Origin: Anthoceros angustus
Taxonomy: Eukaryota > Plantae > Anthocerotophyta
Assembly: GCA_010909165.1 (NCBI GenBank)
Contig: MU008177.1
Span: 868,001 to 932,000, forward strand
Direction: 5' to 3'
Length of the DNA stretch: 64,000 nt
This document shows, piece by piece, positions 52,893 through 64,000 of this stretch. Each line of letters begins with the position of its first letter. Within the stretch, counting starts at the first letter, position 1. Made by a program: the position numbers and the translations under genes. The notes under the pieces are model-generated. The model saw only the letters and a program-made list of their open reading frames with translations, made no database searches and was not told the origin of the DNA.

Positions 52893-54422
52893 ATGCTTCG
52901 CCCCGATTTGAACCAGGTTGCAGGGCACCGGTTTGAAGGTAAGACCCACCTTCATCCTAATCCTGCATTGTCTTCAGCAAGTGGAAACTCTGCTGGTTTT
53001 GGGTTGCCAACGTCGGGTTGAGCTGGGCTTCCCCTCTGCGGTCAGAGGGGAAAGTAGGATCGTTGGTAGATGACCAGGGTCGCTTCTACAAACCGATGCA
53101 AGACAAAGATAGGGGAGACAGTGAGTTGGGATTCTACCAGAAGTTTTGGGGAGATGACACCGTTCCAGAATTGGCGAAGAAATTCTTCCCCCGGTTTTAC
53201 GGAACCACTGTCGTTGATGCCCCGGACGGCAGTGGCCAGATCAATATCCAACGCCATCTTGCTAAACTTCGTCATGACTGTGAGAGACATGCTAGATTCC
53301 ACCATCTGGGAAACCTTAACTCTCAAAACGACATGCCATCCTTGACAACTTGACCCAGGGCTACCGGAAGCCGTCTGTGGTTGATGTGAAGGTACTTGGT
53401 CCCGCGTCGAAAGTTTTGTGCATATTTATGTAGCATGCTCTCCGTCATGAATGAAATCACAGGACATTTGAACAATGGAGGACATCTGGGTGGTGCGTTT
53501 GATCCTGGGGAGTGCATTTTGTTGGCAGGTCGGGCCCCGGACATGGTATCCTGGAGCTCGGGAGTCCTACATCCAGAAGTGCCTGTAATGACATTTTGAT
53601 GTGAAAATGCAATTGATACTGGCAGATTTGATTATCTTTCTCAACTATGTCAGGCAGTGCGGCTTTGCAGCTCCATGGCTCTAAAATGTACGCTGCTGAA
53701 TGATTGTTACAGCGAGAAAGACCGCGACAGTACATCATCAAGTCTAGGTTTTCGGATAGCTGGGATGCAGGTGGTGTAGACTTTCCTTATCCTGTTTCGT
53801 ATACTGCTCAGTCCTCAGTCCCAACTGTGCTTTCAGCAAAGAATGTTGGCATGTTTTCGGCGATGACCCACACACAAAAAAAGAATGTTGACATGTGAGG
53901 TGCCAAGGCAGGCGTACGATGCGGAGCAGGACAAACAATGGAAACCCGAACGGAAGTGGTCCAAGAAGCTGACAGCTAATGAAGTGCCTGCTGCATTTAC
54001 CCGATTTGCTTCTACGAACCCTCTAGATGGAACAGATTTTGATGGTGGCTTAATATCATCTGTTTACGGCGGTCACCAAGGCATTCTGTCACAGCTTGCA
54101 GATCTGATTTCTTGGTACGTTCTTTTTATGTTGCACAGATTTTTCCTCGTGGAGTTGCATTAGATTTCCTCATCCTATCCTTTTTCTTGGGTAATCCTGC
54201 AGGTTTGAAGTGCAAACAAGTTACTACTTCTATTCCTGCTCCGTGTTATTCGTTTATGAAGGAGACACAAAATCTGATGCAATGGATAATATGCCTCCGT
54301 CGGTGAAAATGATTGACTTTCCTCACGTAATTGATGGCCAGGGCAGAATTGATGAGAACTTTCTACTGGGTCTCAAGTCCTTGCACAATACCCTCACCAA
54401 ATTGGTAGAGAAATCTGAATGA
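52893..54422 (+). CDS. IPK2: Inositol polyphosphate multikinase
   Basis: QVAGH, GSLVDDQGRFYKPMQ..RGDSELGFY, FFPRFYG, HAILDNLT..PSVVDVKIG.RTWYP, LGFRIAGMQV, FYSCSVLFVYE, VKMIDFPHV, IDENFLLGL. Confidence 0.93.
53244..53329 (+). other. AT-AC (U12-type) intron in IPK2
   Basis: Donor ATATCC at 53244, branch CCTTAAC at 53314-53320, acceptor AC at 53328-53329. It is the only splice found that restores ...GSGQI-R-HAILDN... in frame. Confidence 0.8.
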
Positions 54423-54494
54423 GACTAGCTTTCCAGTACAGTTGTGAAGAGACATTTGTCCCACACGTAAAGACGCAGCAGCAGGTGAATGGGA

Positions 54495-55683
54495 TCAAAT
54501 GGGTCTTGCATTCTGTGTTGCCGAAGGACCAGATCCTACAGCAGGGACCGATCCATTCTCTGAGCAAGCAGCCTGTTGCTGGCACCTACCAGTTCCTGCA
54601 CACATTTCACACTCTTCTACGTCTCCAGCCACCTGGCTAAGGCAGTAGTTCATTCTATCTTCAATGACATTCTGCATCACAAGTGACACGATAAGGAAGT
54701 GGTGCATTCTATCTTCAATGACTTTCTGCATCACAAGTGAAAGGTAAATCAGTGCCCTCAGCCCAGCTAACTCTTCAAGCAACCAGACAGAACAACATAC
54801 CACCATGAGCTCGTGCAGGCCAATGGGAGCTGTTACAAGATATGGCACAAGGGGATGCTTCTTTGCAGCGTCTGCAGCCAATGCTGGAATGTCCTGCAAC
54901 CCACCTCTGTATCAGGTTCTTGCTGCTATAACAAGTACAATCAGGCAAAGGATGAGAGACACAAGACCAACCCTATCCCAGTGCCTGCCAGGGAACAGAA
55001 AGTAGGTGCTGATGATGACTCGGGTGGCTCCTTGCTCAATACATCGATCAAACGCTTGAGCGATCGTTGGCTCTGCTAGCTCCTGCCGAATGACAACACC
55101 ATCCCCAGTATCTGAGCTGCAACGTCCAGCGAAGCACGAAGAAGCGTGATCTATTGCACTGCCTCTGGCACAAACCTTAACTCCCTGCAACAAGATTCTC
55201 ATCACACAAGATGGGGTAAAGGCTTGCCATGTGCGCTGGTTCGACAATGGTATGACCTGTCCGTTTCTTGTACATTTCCACGAACTGGTCTGCATGTGAC
55301 AGATACAAGCATCAACAACCTGCACAGCACCAAATGCTATGGTGACAGCATAGTCTCTGAAAGAGGACCCAAAAATTCATACTCAGCATAGCATTCGACT
55401 CGGCACGACGTGAGCCATGATCCACAATCACCACACCATCGCCCTCTCTGCGCTTGCTCTCCCGGGAATCCCTGGGCAGACTGCACTGGATGCGACCAGC
55501 CATGTCCCCTAGCTGCCTCACCCTTGTAACGGGTCCCAAGAGCCTTAAACTGCGATCCCCTTCACCAAATCCAGCATCATTCCATGCCCTAGAAGTCCTG
55601 CAGCATGGCTGCTGCCCCGCTATCCTCCTTGTGACGATGGGAGGGAAGCAGCCCACTCCAGTCTGCACCGAAGCAAAGCTCAT
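54495..55683 (-). CDS. SIRB: Sirohydrochlorin ferrochelatase, plastid
   Basis: Transit peptide, GVVIVDHGSRRAESNAML, ELAEPTIAQAF, FLFPGRHW..DIP, LVTAPIGLHE, C-terminal Fe-S cysteines CLSQVAGDVEECEMCAGTGRC. Confidence 0.95.
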
Positions 55684-55946
55684 GGTTCAGCCTTCATGCC
55701 CACTTGACGTTCAGGTGAAATCTGGTGAGCAGAATTGAGTAACCAGCGTTTTCTTTCCCAAGACAGTGCAGCTAATTTCTCCGTTAAGTTAGTTGTGAAC
55801 TATGACGGCCAGATGAAGCTTGTCACGGATTCCGATCTGCTCTGTGACGCCGCTCTCAGATTCTGGCTGCCTTTCAAGGCGCTCGATCGATCAGGGATGC
55901 ATTTGCCATCTTCCTCGAGCACCACAGACATATCTTCTTGTTTATT

Positions 55947-57506
55947 ATGGCAAAGCATGGAAACAGAAGTTCTGAACCAGCTGGGGAGGAGCCCTCCCCG
56001 TCTGGGCGCAAGCGCAAACGTGATACCTCCTCCTCTTGGCAGAAACGGGAAGCCAGCCAAACTGCTGTAGAAACACCCGAGGAATTCACAAGGTTGTCCC
56101 CTGACGCAGCAGAACAGAGGAGGAGCCTGGAGACAGCAGGATGTGAGGATGTCGAATTTAGGGCTGGTGGTCTGACCGATGCCACTCCCTATGACGATGA
56201 CCACTCCTTGGCTGCGCTATCAGACTTGCCCTCAGATACCATGGTTGCTGTGAGGCTCATGCTTAGCCAGTTTCCCAAATTCATTGAAAAGGTAGGATTT
56301 CTCGTTGCTTTTCTTGTGAGAGCCAGCAGGCTTCTTGATGGTTACTGCTGTGAGTCCAGACGTTAACATAGCCTCATGACGCACTGCCATCAGGTGGCTG
56401 TCCGCCCATTTGTTCTTAGATCTCAAGTGTACAGCAGCGTAAACGACCATACTGAAGTTGACAGAGATTTGGAAGTAAGATCTGCTGTTCAGTATTCCTT
56501 GCCTGTAGCTTCCGTTTTCTCAAGTATGACGTCTTGTCACAAGTGAGTACCTGGTTCCAGGTGTTGAGGCGTAGGAAGGAGATCCGGATGTTCAAGTTGA
56601 ACACAGGCCAGGATGATTATGCCGTTATGCTCATGGCCGACTACATGATCCAAGTACACCCCTCTGATTCCCACAACCACTTCGTCCTTTCGGCAGTGTT
56701 ACCATAATCTTTCGGCACACGTCTCTGGAGGAGTGGAGGGCTAGATAACAGGAAAGCTAACCCCTGCTGTTTTCCACAGGTCAGTTCTGCAGAAGAGCGT
56801 ATGAAGTCAAAACGGCCAGAATCAGAGGCAGATGTGTTTCATTGGTTCAGAGCTCATGTGCTGTCAAGCAATTCAGAAGTAGGCATCTCCCACAATGAGC
56901 TGGTGAGACCTAGGTACACCTAACAACCTGCCTACCATGTGTCTCCCCACCCACCTTCTGAGCAGAAAGTCTGAACCCTCCAAGAACGCAGGTGACGAGT
57001 CTATCTCAAGGAGGTAAACTGCAGGACAAGCACATAACGCTCCTGATCAACGCTGGTCTCCTGGTTAGTCTGACAAGCAGCTCCATCAACCATCAAAACT
57101 CCATTCTCAGTCTTGGACAACAGTGTAACCCCTCTCCACTCTTCTGATGCAAAATGCAGGTCAGACAGCTCTCCGACGACACATCCTACTGGTTCTCCAT
57201 CCCAAACGTTGGGTTGGTTCTAAAGAACCTCACAGAGGTAACCATATGCTGTATTTGGCAGTCCCTAAGTGAAAGCTTCTGGCCCGAGCTTACTCACACC
57301 CTAAAACTGTTCAGGGACGAAAAGAACTGCTCTCCTTCATCGCCAAACGTCGTTACAAGGAGATCCTACAACATGAACTTGAAAAAAGGCGGCTGCGGTA
57401 CTCTAAGCTGGACATGCTATTTCATCTCCGCGATCTACTCGGTTCAGGGAAACTGGAGTCGGTTGACACCACAGTCGGGCCGCTCATCCGGCTGGCTAGA
57501 GACTGA
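55947..57506 (+). CDS. STK19: STK19-family winged-helix protein
   Basis: SDTMVAVRLMLSQFP, SQVYSSV.D.TEVDRDLE, IRMFKLNTGQDD, WFSIPNVGLVLKNL, GRKELLSFIAKRRYKEIL, SKLDMLFHLRDLLG, TVGPLIRL*; NLS-like RKRKR. Confidence 0.85.
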
Positions 57507-57697
57507 GTCCCGATGGACAAACGGATCTTATTTCATATTTCCGGCTCTCAATTTAATAATACTAAAACACTCTGACAAGCACAGGGATCGGATCATGGCT
57601 TCCTTGTGCCACCTTCCGCGCCAGAAAGGGCAGCCGACGACGAACTAGCGCTGTAGCGGGCCCGGTTCCGGTCCCGGATCTAGACGGCATCGGGCCA

Positions 57698-57880
57698 GCC
57701 ACGTGGCAGTAGATCGGGCCACCGACGTCAGGGACGGCGTGGCCGCATAGCGTCACTTAGATGGGACCGAGCGGACGGCCAGGAGGCAGAGAACGTGGCT
57801 GGTGGCACGCCTCTGGATCGCGCCGCTTGGACGGATGCAGATCGGCAGCGCGCCTTTCATGTCAATGCGTGTTACGTGGC
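57698..57880 (+). promoter_or_regulatory. Cluster of ACGT elements upstream of HY5: G-box GCCACGTGGC (57698), C-box GACGTC (57724), T/G-box AACGTG (57792), TACGTG (57873)
   Basis: Four ACGT cores within about 180 bp; these are established HY5/bZIP binding cores. Confidence 0.6.
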
Positions 57881-58231
57881 AAACACTACTCTTCCCGGTC
57901 TATTCCGCAGGAAGGCGAAGAATTTGGAGATCACATCACAGCCGGCTTTGCTGCTGGTGGCGTGGGCGGCATTTGCAGCTGGGGGTGAGATCGTGGCATG
58001 GCGCTGGCTGTCCTGTGCAGTCTTCCATTGCGCTGCTCGTCTAGGGTTAGGTCTTGGTCGTGCTGCGCGCACGCGTTCCGCAGCGGAGCTGTGCTGTGAT
58101 GTGCCTGGGAGTGCGAGCATTGTGATTTTTTCTTGCCAAGGGAGTGATGACTGCTCGTCGCCGGTGCTCCGATTCCGTGGCTTCTGGAGGTGGCCCGCTT
58201 CTGCAGCAGCGGTGATATTCGGGCTCCGCCA

Positions 58232-59004
58232 ATGCAGGTCACTGCCTCGACTTCAGCCCAGACGCAATCCCAGTGTGAGAAGGCCCCTGCGTCCGTCACC
58301 GGCCCGTCTGACGGCAAGCAGGATGGTGCGGAAATGCGTGCAAATGTATGGAGGAATGTGATGCGTGGCCGTGATGTTTTGTCTCATTCGGTTTGCCTGC
58401 TGATGGCGCAGGAGAGGATGACAGCGACTCTGAGGTCAGGAGAGTGCCTGAGGCTCCGGGCAAAGGAGGTGGAGCCGTGTCGTCCGCGGCTCGCCCGCAG
58501 TCCTCGAGTGCGAAGAGGAAGCGAGCTGGAGCTTCCGCTGATAAGGAGAATAAACGCTTGAAGAGGTTCGATTCTTTTTCTTTCAAGGCTGATCATGCTC
58601 GATGCGGTGTGACGTAGGTGTTCGGTATTGCTGGTGAGGGGATGTGATGTTTTTTGCGGATCGTGCAATGCGAACTGAGTTTGGCGATGGTATTTTGTAG
58701 GTTATTGCGAAATCGAGTTTCCGCACAGCAAGCTAGGGAAAGGAAAAAAGCCTATCTTACCGAATTAGAGGAGAAGTTTAAAGAGATGGAGCAGAAAAAC
58801 GCGGAGCTGGAAGAGAGGGTGTCGACATTGCAGCGGGAAAATTTCATGTTGCGTCAGGTTGGTCTATTGGTCCACTGTGCGGTTGTTTTTCGCAATTGTG
58901 GGTTTGTTTGTAACACGCAATCTTTGCGCTTACAGATTGTGAAGAACACGACGATGAACAAGAGTGGAACTTCTGCAATGTCTTCTGGTTCAGAATACAC
59001 TTAG
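58232..59004 (+). CDS. HY5: bZIP transcription factor ELONGATED HYPOCOTYL 5, 4 exons
   Basis: COP1-binding VP motif [10 protein letters not shown]; basic region [10 protein letters not shown]|[19 protein letters not shown]; zipper [17 protein letters not shown]|IVKNTT. Confidence 0.96.
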
Positions 59005-61170
59005 CACCGGCCGAATGCGTAGCGCAGGTTGAGGGTGTCAATGATCCTGTAATTGGGGTTTGGCGCACCACTAACTCGAGAGTCACCGACATGACCGGCG
59101 CATTACTTGCACGTCCAGCAGCCAGAATGTCTGAAGTAGTAGACAGTCAGATCTTAGGTGTAACGGGAGGTGGGCAGACTGGTCCTTTACAGCGGTTGGC
59201 CCTGTGATGTTGGTTGTGCAACTGCGACTGGCACATGGGCGTACAACTAACATGTGGCCACCGGTGACACTTGCCCCAGATCTGTCACCAGTGCAGTCAG
59301 CAACCAGGTCATGGATTCTGGACCCCTCATTGAGCTCGGCACTTTGCAGGAGGATACCTGGTTTAGTGTCTCGACGTTCGACGACACGGGACAGTGCCCA
59401 ATTTATTCACGTAGCGAATCGGGAATATAGGCGATACTACAACCATTTTGGCTTAGAAATCTTTCCTTAAGCAGAAGTTATAGGATTCACTTGCTGTATG
59501 TCACTGCTCTCTGTACCCTGTCCTTGTCATTCTTGTGAACCTTCATGTCAGGTTGCAACTGTTCCAGCCTTACAGCTCAGTCATCTTTTACGTACGTTGC
59601 TATTAGTTCTCCGCAGAGCCAGAGTTCCAAAAAAACACAAATGTGTGCCGCTAAATGACAGACATCCTGGAACCTGTACCTGCCACCATTTAAAGGCAGC
59701 CCAGAAAACCCGTCTTGATGGGATGATGACTTTCAAACAAGCACTGTCCAGTTCGGATGAGTTATTATTCTATCTTCATGTACCACCCAATCCCTACGTG
59801 TCCCCAAACTGCGGATGGAGAAAAGCCATGGCTTGGACGGCACTGAGACACCGAAGCTTCTCTTACTCCTGAGTCCGACAAGGTGGCCCTGAGTTGGTGG
59901 CAACAAAAGGGGGTGTGAACATTCCAAAGAGAATTTGCATCATCTGTATCCTGTGTAGGTCAATACAAGAACATGCCCCACGCAGTATGTCATCAAAGAA
60001 CCGAAATCCGCATACTATTATGGCGGGTGTCTCATCATCAAACACAAGAAGGCACTGACATCCAGCTCTCGTACAATCATAAAGTGGGGAACGGGCCCAT
60101 CCAAGCCACGAAGCCACTACATACATGCACCACTGGTACAGCTCATTGAACTACATAGATTTAGGGCCGTGTGAGCTGGTTGTTGCCGTGCAAGAAAATG
60201 AACACCTCCCCGTTCGTCCCGGGGACGGAAGGTCGACATACCTGCGGTGGAGAACGGGGTTACGGGCGTGGGACAGGATGCTGTGCCAGACGTTGGGCGG
60301 CAGAGATGACTCCGACGCACTGCAGCCAGGTGGACAGGTTATCCAGACTTTCGTCGTAAGACGATCCAATTTAGACTTTAATTTGTGGTGAGCCGTGAGG
60401 CTCTTGTCCAAAAAGTAGGGTATGCCGCGATTTTGTGTCCCGCGCACGGTATTCTTTAGTAAAAGGCGAAAGAATAGTTCGCTTTGTGCTGAACACACGG
60501 CTCATACGTTTCCTGCGCCGAGACCGGGTCTAAGTACAGGCAAGGTGGTACACAAGAAAGGCTGGCCGATATGGGATAAATATACCTGGTCTGGGGAGCC
60601 TGTAACCGTCACACGTGACTGTCCAGGCTCCGGCCCGGAGAGATCCAGCTCACGGTTCACGTACTGTGTGAAGTTTATGGTCCCAGACCACCCATTCCAT
60701 GAGACCCAACTGCTGAATCGTAAGTTCAAATCTTTGCTCAGATAATGTTGTGGCTTTAACTTTTATGCCTTATTTGAATTCAAAGGTCCGTGGTGAAGGG
60801 AACGGGGTGCACACGAAACCTGTCCCGTTTTGGCCGGTGAGCGCACGCTCCTTTCAACGTTCCCTCCCGCCTCAATGCTTTTCATTAGCCTCTTCTCCCT
60901 GATTTTTATTTTAGGAAAGGCCATGGAGATGTGGCAGCTAGAATTCTTAAAAGAAAGGCCCACCTTGGGCCTCAAAGACTAAGCTACAAGACTGATGTCA
61001 ACCCGGTCTACTAAGCATGCCAGACACCCTTGTGCGAGTTCATATCCGCCAGATCACTTATTCTCTAATTAATGCTAAAGGTAAGGTTACCAGTAATAGT
61101 AATGGGGCTTAGAGTTGGAGGAGTTTTTGTTGAAGTTGCAGATGTTGGCAATGACAAAACAATTGGGGTA

Positions 61171-61902
61171 TCACCATTTGTCGGTGGTGATGAAAGAGGT
61201 GTTGGAACTTGTGTTGTAAACGAGCCGGTTGATGACGACGTGAGGGGTCGGTGTAGGCACTGTTGGGGATGCGAGAGGGGTCGATGTAGGTTTCATCGAT
61301 GGGGACGCGAAAGGGGTTGGTGTAGGTTTCGTCGATGGGGACGCGAGAGGGGTCTGTCTAGGTTCTGACGGAGGGGATGCGAGAGGGATCAATGTGGGTT
61401 CCGTTAGTGGGGACACGATAAGGGTCGGAATTGATACTATCGGAGGTTGCGTCGATGATGGGGATGCACTTGAAGATGGTTCTATCGGTGATGGTGGTGC
61501 CCTTGAAGACAGTTCTGTCAGTGATGGTGGTGCCCTTGGAGCAGGATCCATTGATGATGGTGGTGCCCTTGAAGATAGTTCCTTTGATGGTGATGGTGGT
61601 GTCCTTGAAGATGGTTCCTTCGATGGTGATGGTGGTGCCCTTGAAGATGGTTCCTTCGGTGGTGGTGATGGTGGTGCCCTCGAAGATGGTTCCTTCGATG
61701 GTGATGGTGGTGCCCTTGAAGATGGTTCCTTCGGTGGTGATGGTGGTGCCCTTGAAGATGGTTCAGTTGGTGATGGTGGTGCCCTTGAAGATGGTTCAGT
61801 TGGTGCTGGAGGTGCACTTGGAAATGGTTGACTAGGTGAGCCATCATTAATGATGCGGGAAATCAAGCAGCATGGTTGCTTGATGGACGATCTCGAAGTC
61901 AA
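61171..61902 (-). repeat. Proline/serine-rich repeat ORF (unit about RAPPSP(P)KEPSS, 33-39 bp, about 10 copies) with no ATG
   Basis: Tandem GATGGTGGTGCCCTTGAAGATGGTTC.. units at about 61480-61830; the minus frame is open for 243 codons. Confidence 0.8.
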
Positions 61903-61929
61903 AAATAAGGTGATGAATATATTTACAAA

Positions 61930-62924
61930 AGATTTTTAAATCAAAGTGAAATGTCCCCTAGAAAAATTCGTGTGCTTTGAATCTATTTAATACTTGTCCC
62001 AGATGAAATACATCCCACCAAGGAAGCTTTCTTGCGTACTACAAGCTAGAATACCATGTTGGCAATAAGTTTGGCCATTCAAAGCTCCTCCACCCCAACA
62101 TGCAGTATTATTATCAAATTCGTAGCGAGAGAGATCTTTAATCGATTGGTGAGTTATATGATATATAGGAGCCATAAATACAACAATACATTTTTCAGTG
62201 GTGATGAAAGAGGCACTTTTATTCCATCATCGTTTTCAAGCATATCTTGCACGGTAGCTCAAAGCTTACAGTTATAGTTCACGATTCTCTTATTAATATG
62301 GCCTAAACATTTCCCATAAGTATTTTTTGCATTATTTTTGGCCAATAGAAATGGCATGCATCCTAGAGGTTGAACCTCTATTATGAAAAACTTCCGTGGT
62401 CCTTTATTATAAAAGTATTGAATGATATCTCTAAATTCACATAGAATGTTGTCTTCAAATTGACCCACTTCATTAAATATTGTTTGATTATCGCTCATGT
62501 AAATTTTCTTCCTCTCATTACTTCCCACTGAGACGTAAATTAGAGAATTAGCTAAATAGTTAGCATAAGTTTTGGATCGAGTTGACGAAGTTGAATTAAA
62601 GAATCTTCTCTAAAAAACATAAATTGGTCTCTTAATGGTATAAGATCTCCATATGTTTTCTTATGTCACGAAAAATACCATATCTAATTGATCCAAAATT
62701 AACACCCACTTTTGGATTGTTATTATCATGACTTAAAGAAGAGGGTGGAAGTTCACTCAAATTAAATTAAGATATTTTTGAGCTATAAAATCAATAAGAA
62801 GAAAACCAAAGTATGTCGTCCAGTAGCTTTATGATGTATATGATGAATCTCCAAAAATATAAAAACCAGTAAAATTCTTGGCACTTGTGATACGATAGTG
62901 ACTCAAAACAAACACAATACTCAT
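61930..62924 (-). pseudogene. GDSL esterase/lipase pseudogene, AT-rich
   Basis: Signal peptide plus FYIFGDS (stop at 62829-62831), GVNFGS, GSNE, FYNKGPRKFFIIEVQPLGCMP, ACWGGGALNG..C, WWDVFH (DxxH). Several frameshifts and stops. Confidence 0.85.
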
Positions 62925-64000
62925 CAAAAGGGGAACGTTCTTTATGATAATAAGACGGATTGATTTTATGGATCTTACAGTATTAGAATTCAAGTGCCTT
63001 GCCATCTAATAAACAATTTATAGCATACCCCGTAACGATATAGCTCTTTACTGGTCACGGACAAGAGAGCGCACTAGAGATCTATGCTTTTCGGGCATAG
63101 TCCTTATGCTCCCAGAAATATTCTCAAAGTAACTTTCCACTACGCTCTCTAACATAGACAACTTTCATACAAAAAAGCTTTTGATCTTCAATTCTTGGCC
63201 CTATTTAATTCTTGTAGGTTTGTTCTCAATTAGGATATGACTTGATAATTAACCTATCTCCCTGGAACCACACATCATGTATATTACCTTCCAAACCTTC
63301 CTCTCCAGGGATTGTATACAACTATTTGTAGCCATATGATTTACATGCAGCAATGAATCTAAACCCAGATTGATTTCAACTTTTTGAGTAGATTTAACAT
63401 TTTAGAGTTTTTGGTTGAAAGAGCATACGTTTTAAGGTAACTAGAGCTATGCAATTAATTCTCATGTATTATAATCACTTTGTGGAGAAAAACCCAGTTT
63501 TTTTAGTTATCTATTTTAGCATTAATATGTATAATAACTTCGATGTATTTCTTTCATGGAAATCTGTAGCCCAAATTCAAAGTTTGGACTCGGTGTGCGG
63601 TGCTGGTTTTTCCGGCTTGTTGTGATTTTGGATACTCTCCTATTCGTGCATAATCTTTTAGGGTGAGTGACTGATGTGTATTTTGACCTGATAACCTGAA
63701 ATTAATGACTTTTTATTAGCACGTTTTTCACAAGCGTTATGAACCCTTTCATGTGGTTTTTATGACGATGCCCATCACCTGGCGTCATAAAAGAGCGCGA
63801 TGTGGAGCTCGCCTGACAAAATCATCGACATCATTCATCGCCGTCCTGCAAGTTTGAAGCTCCAAGCTATCATGTGGCTTTCACGTTGACGACGGCAAAG
63901 CTCACTACTAGGTTGGCAGTTATTGCTAAAAAGAATGCTAATACCCTATTTGTAGTTTTATTTTCGCCTCAATCCGTCTCTTCAATGCGCTTTTTGCATC

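Noticed and set aside
59500-60950. Several 60-115-aa ORFs downstream of HY5
   Set aside because: Some look protein-like, but I could not assign a family or build a consistent gene model; a TBLASTX search is needed.
61394-61847. His-rich, Met/Val-rich and Gly/Asp-rich ORFs
   Set aside because: Alternative frames of the same tandem repeat.
63758-63912. CACTACTAGG plus the TTTTATGACG/CGTCATAAAA inverted pair as a CACTA end
   Set aside because: The sub-terminal-like motif lies on the wrong side of the putative TIR and no partner end is in the window.

Overview
Eukaryotic nuclear DNA from a gene-dense, seed-free land plant. Short introns (about 70-130 bp), GC-rich exons, intergenic gaps of only 70-350 bp and a DYW:KP-type PPR gene point to a hornwort-like genome; a fern or lycophyte is not excluded, and this assignment is inference. 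About 18 protein-coding genes are supported. In order: LIP1-like lipase, an uncharacterised protein, TOP6A/SPO11-3, RPS15a, cytosolic PGI, an SDR, an FMO, a BTB-TAZ protein, a coiled-coil protein, a PLS-DYW PPR, a frameshifted SPRY protein, a ZIFL transporter, FolD, RAD51D, IPK2, SirB, STK19 and HY5. There are two clear pseudogenes (2OG dioxygenase, GDSL lipase), several TE islands (solo-LTR-like elements, hAT-like ends, AT-rich remnants) and tandem arrays. No rRNA, tRNA or CRISPR array was seen. The strongest leads are: (1) a KP-type PPR-DYW, a candidate reverse (U-to-C) RNA-editing factor whose C-terminal zinc site is truncated and whose 5' flank carries a telomere-like octamer array; (2) an AT-AC minor-spliceosome intron with a non-consensus donor in IPK2; (3) a duplicated in-frame splice acceptor just before the Fe-S cysteines of SirB; (4) a perfect 101-bp duplication in the TOP6A/RPS15a bidirectional promoter. 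Exon structures were derived by hand and are not validated by transcripts.
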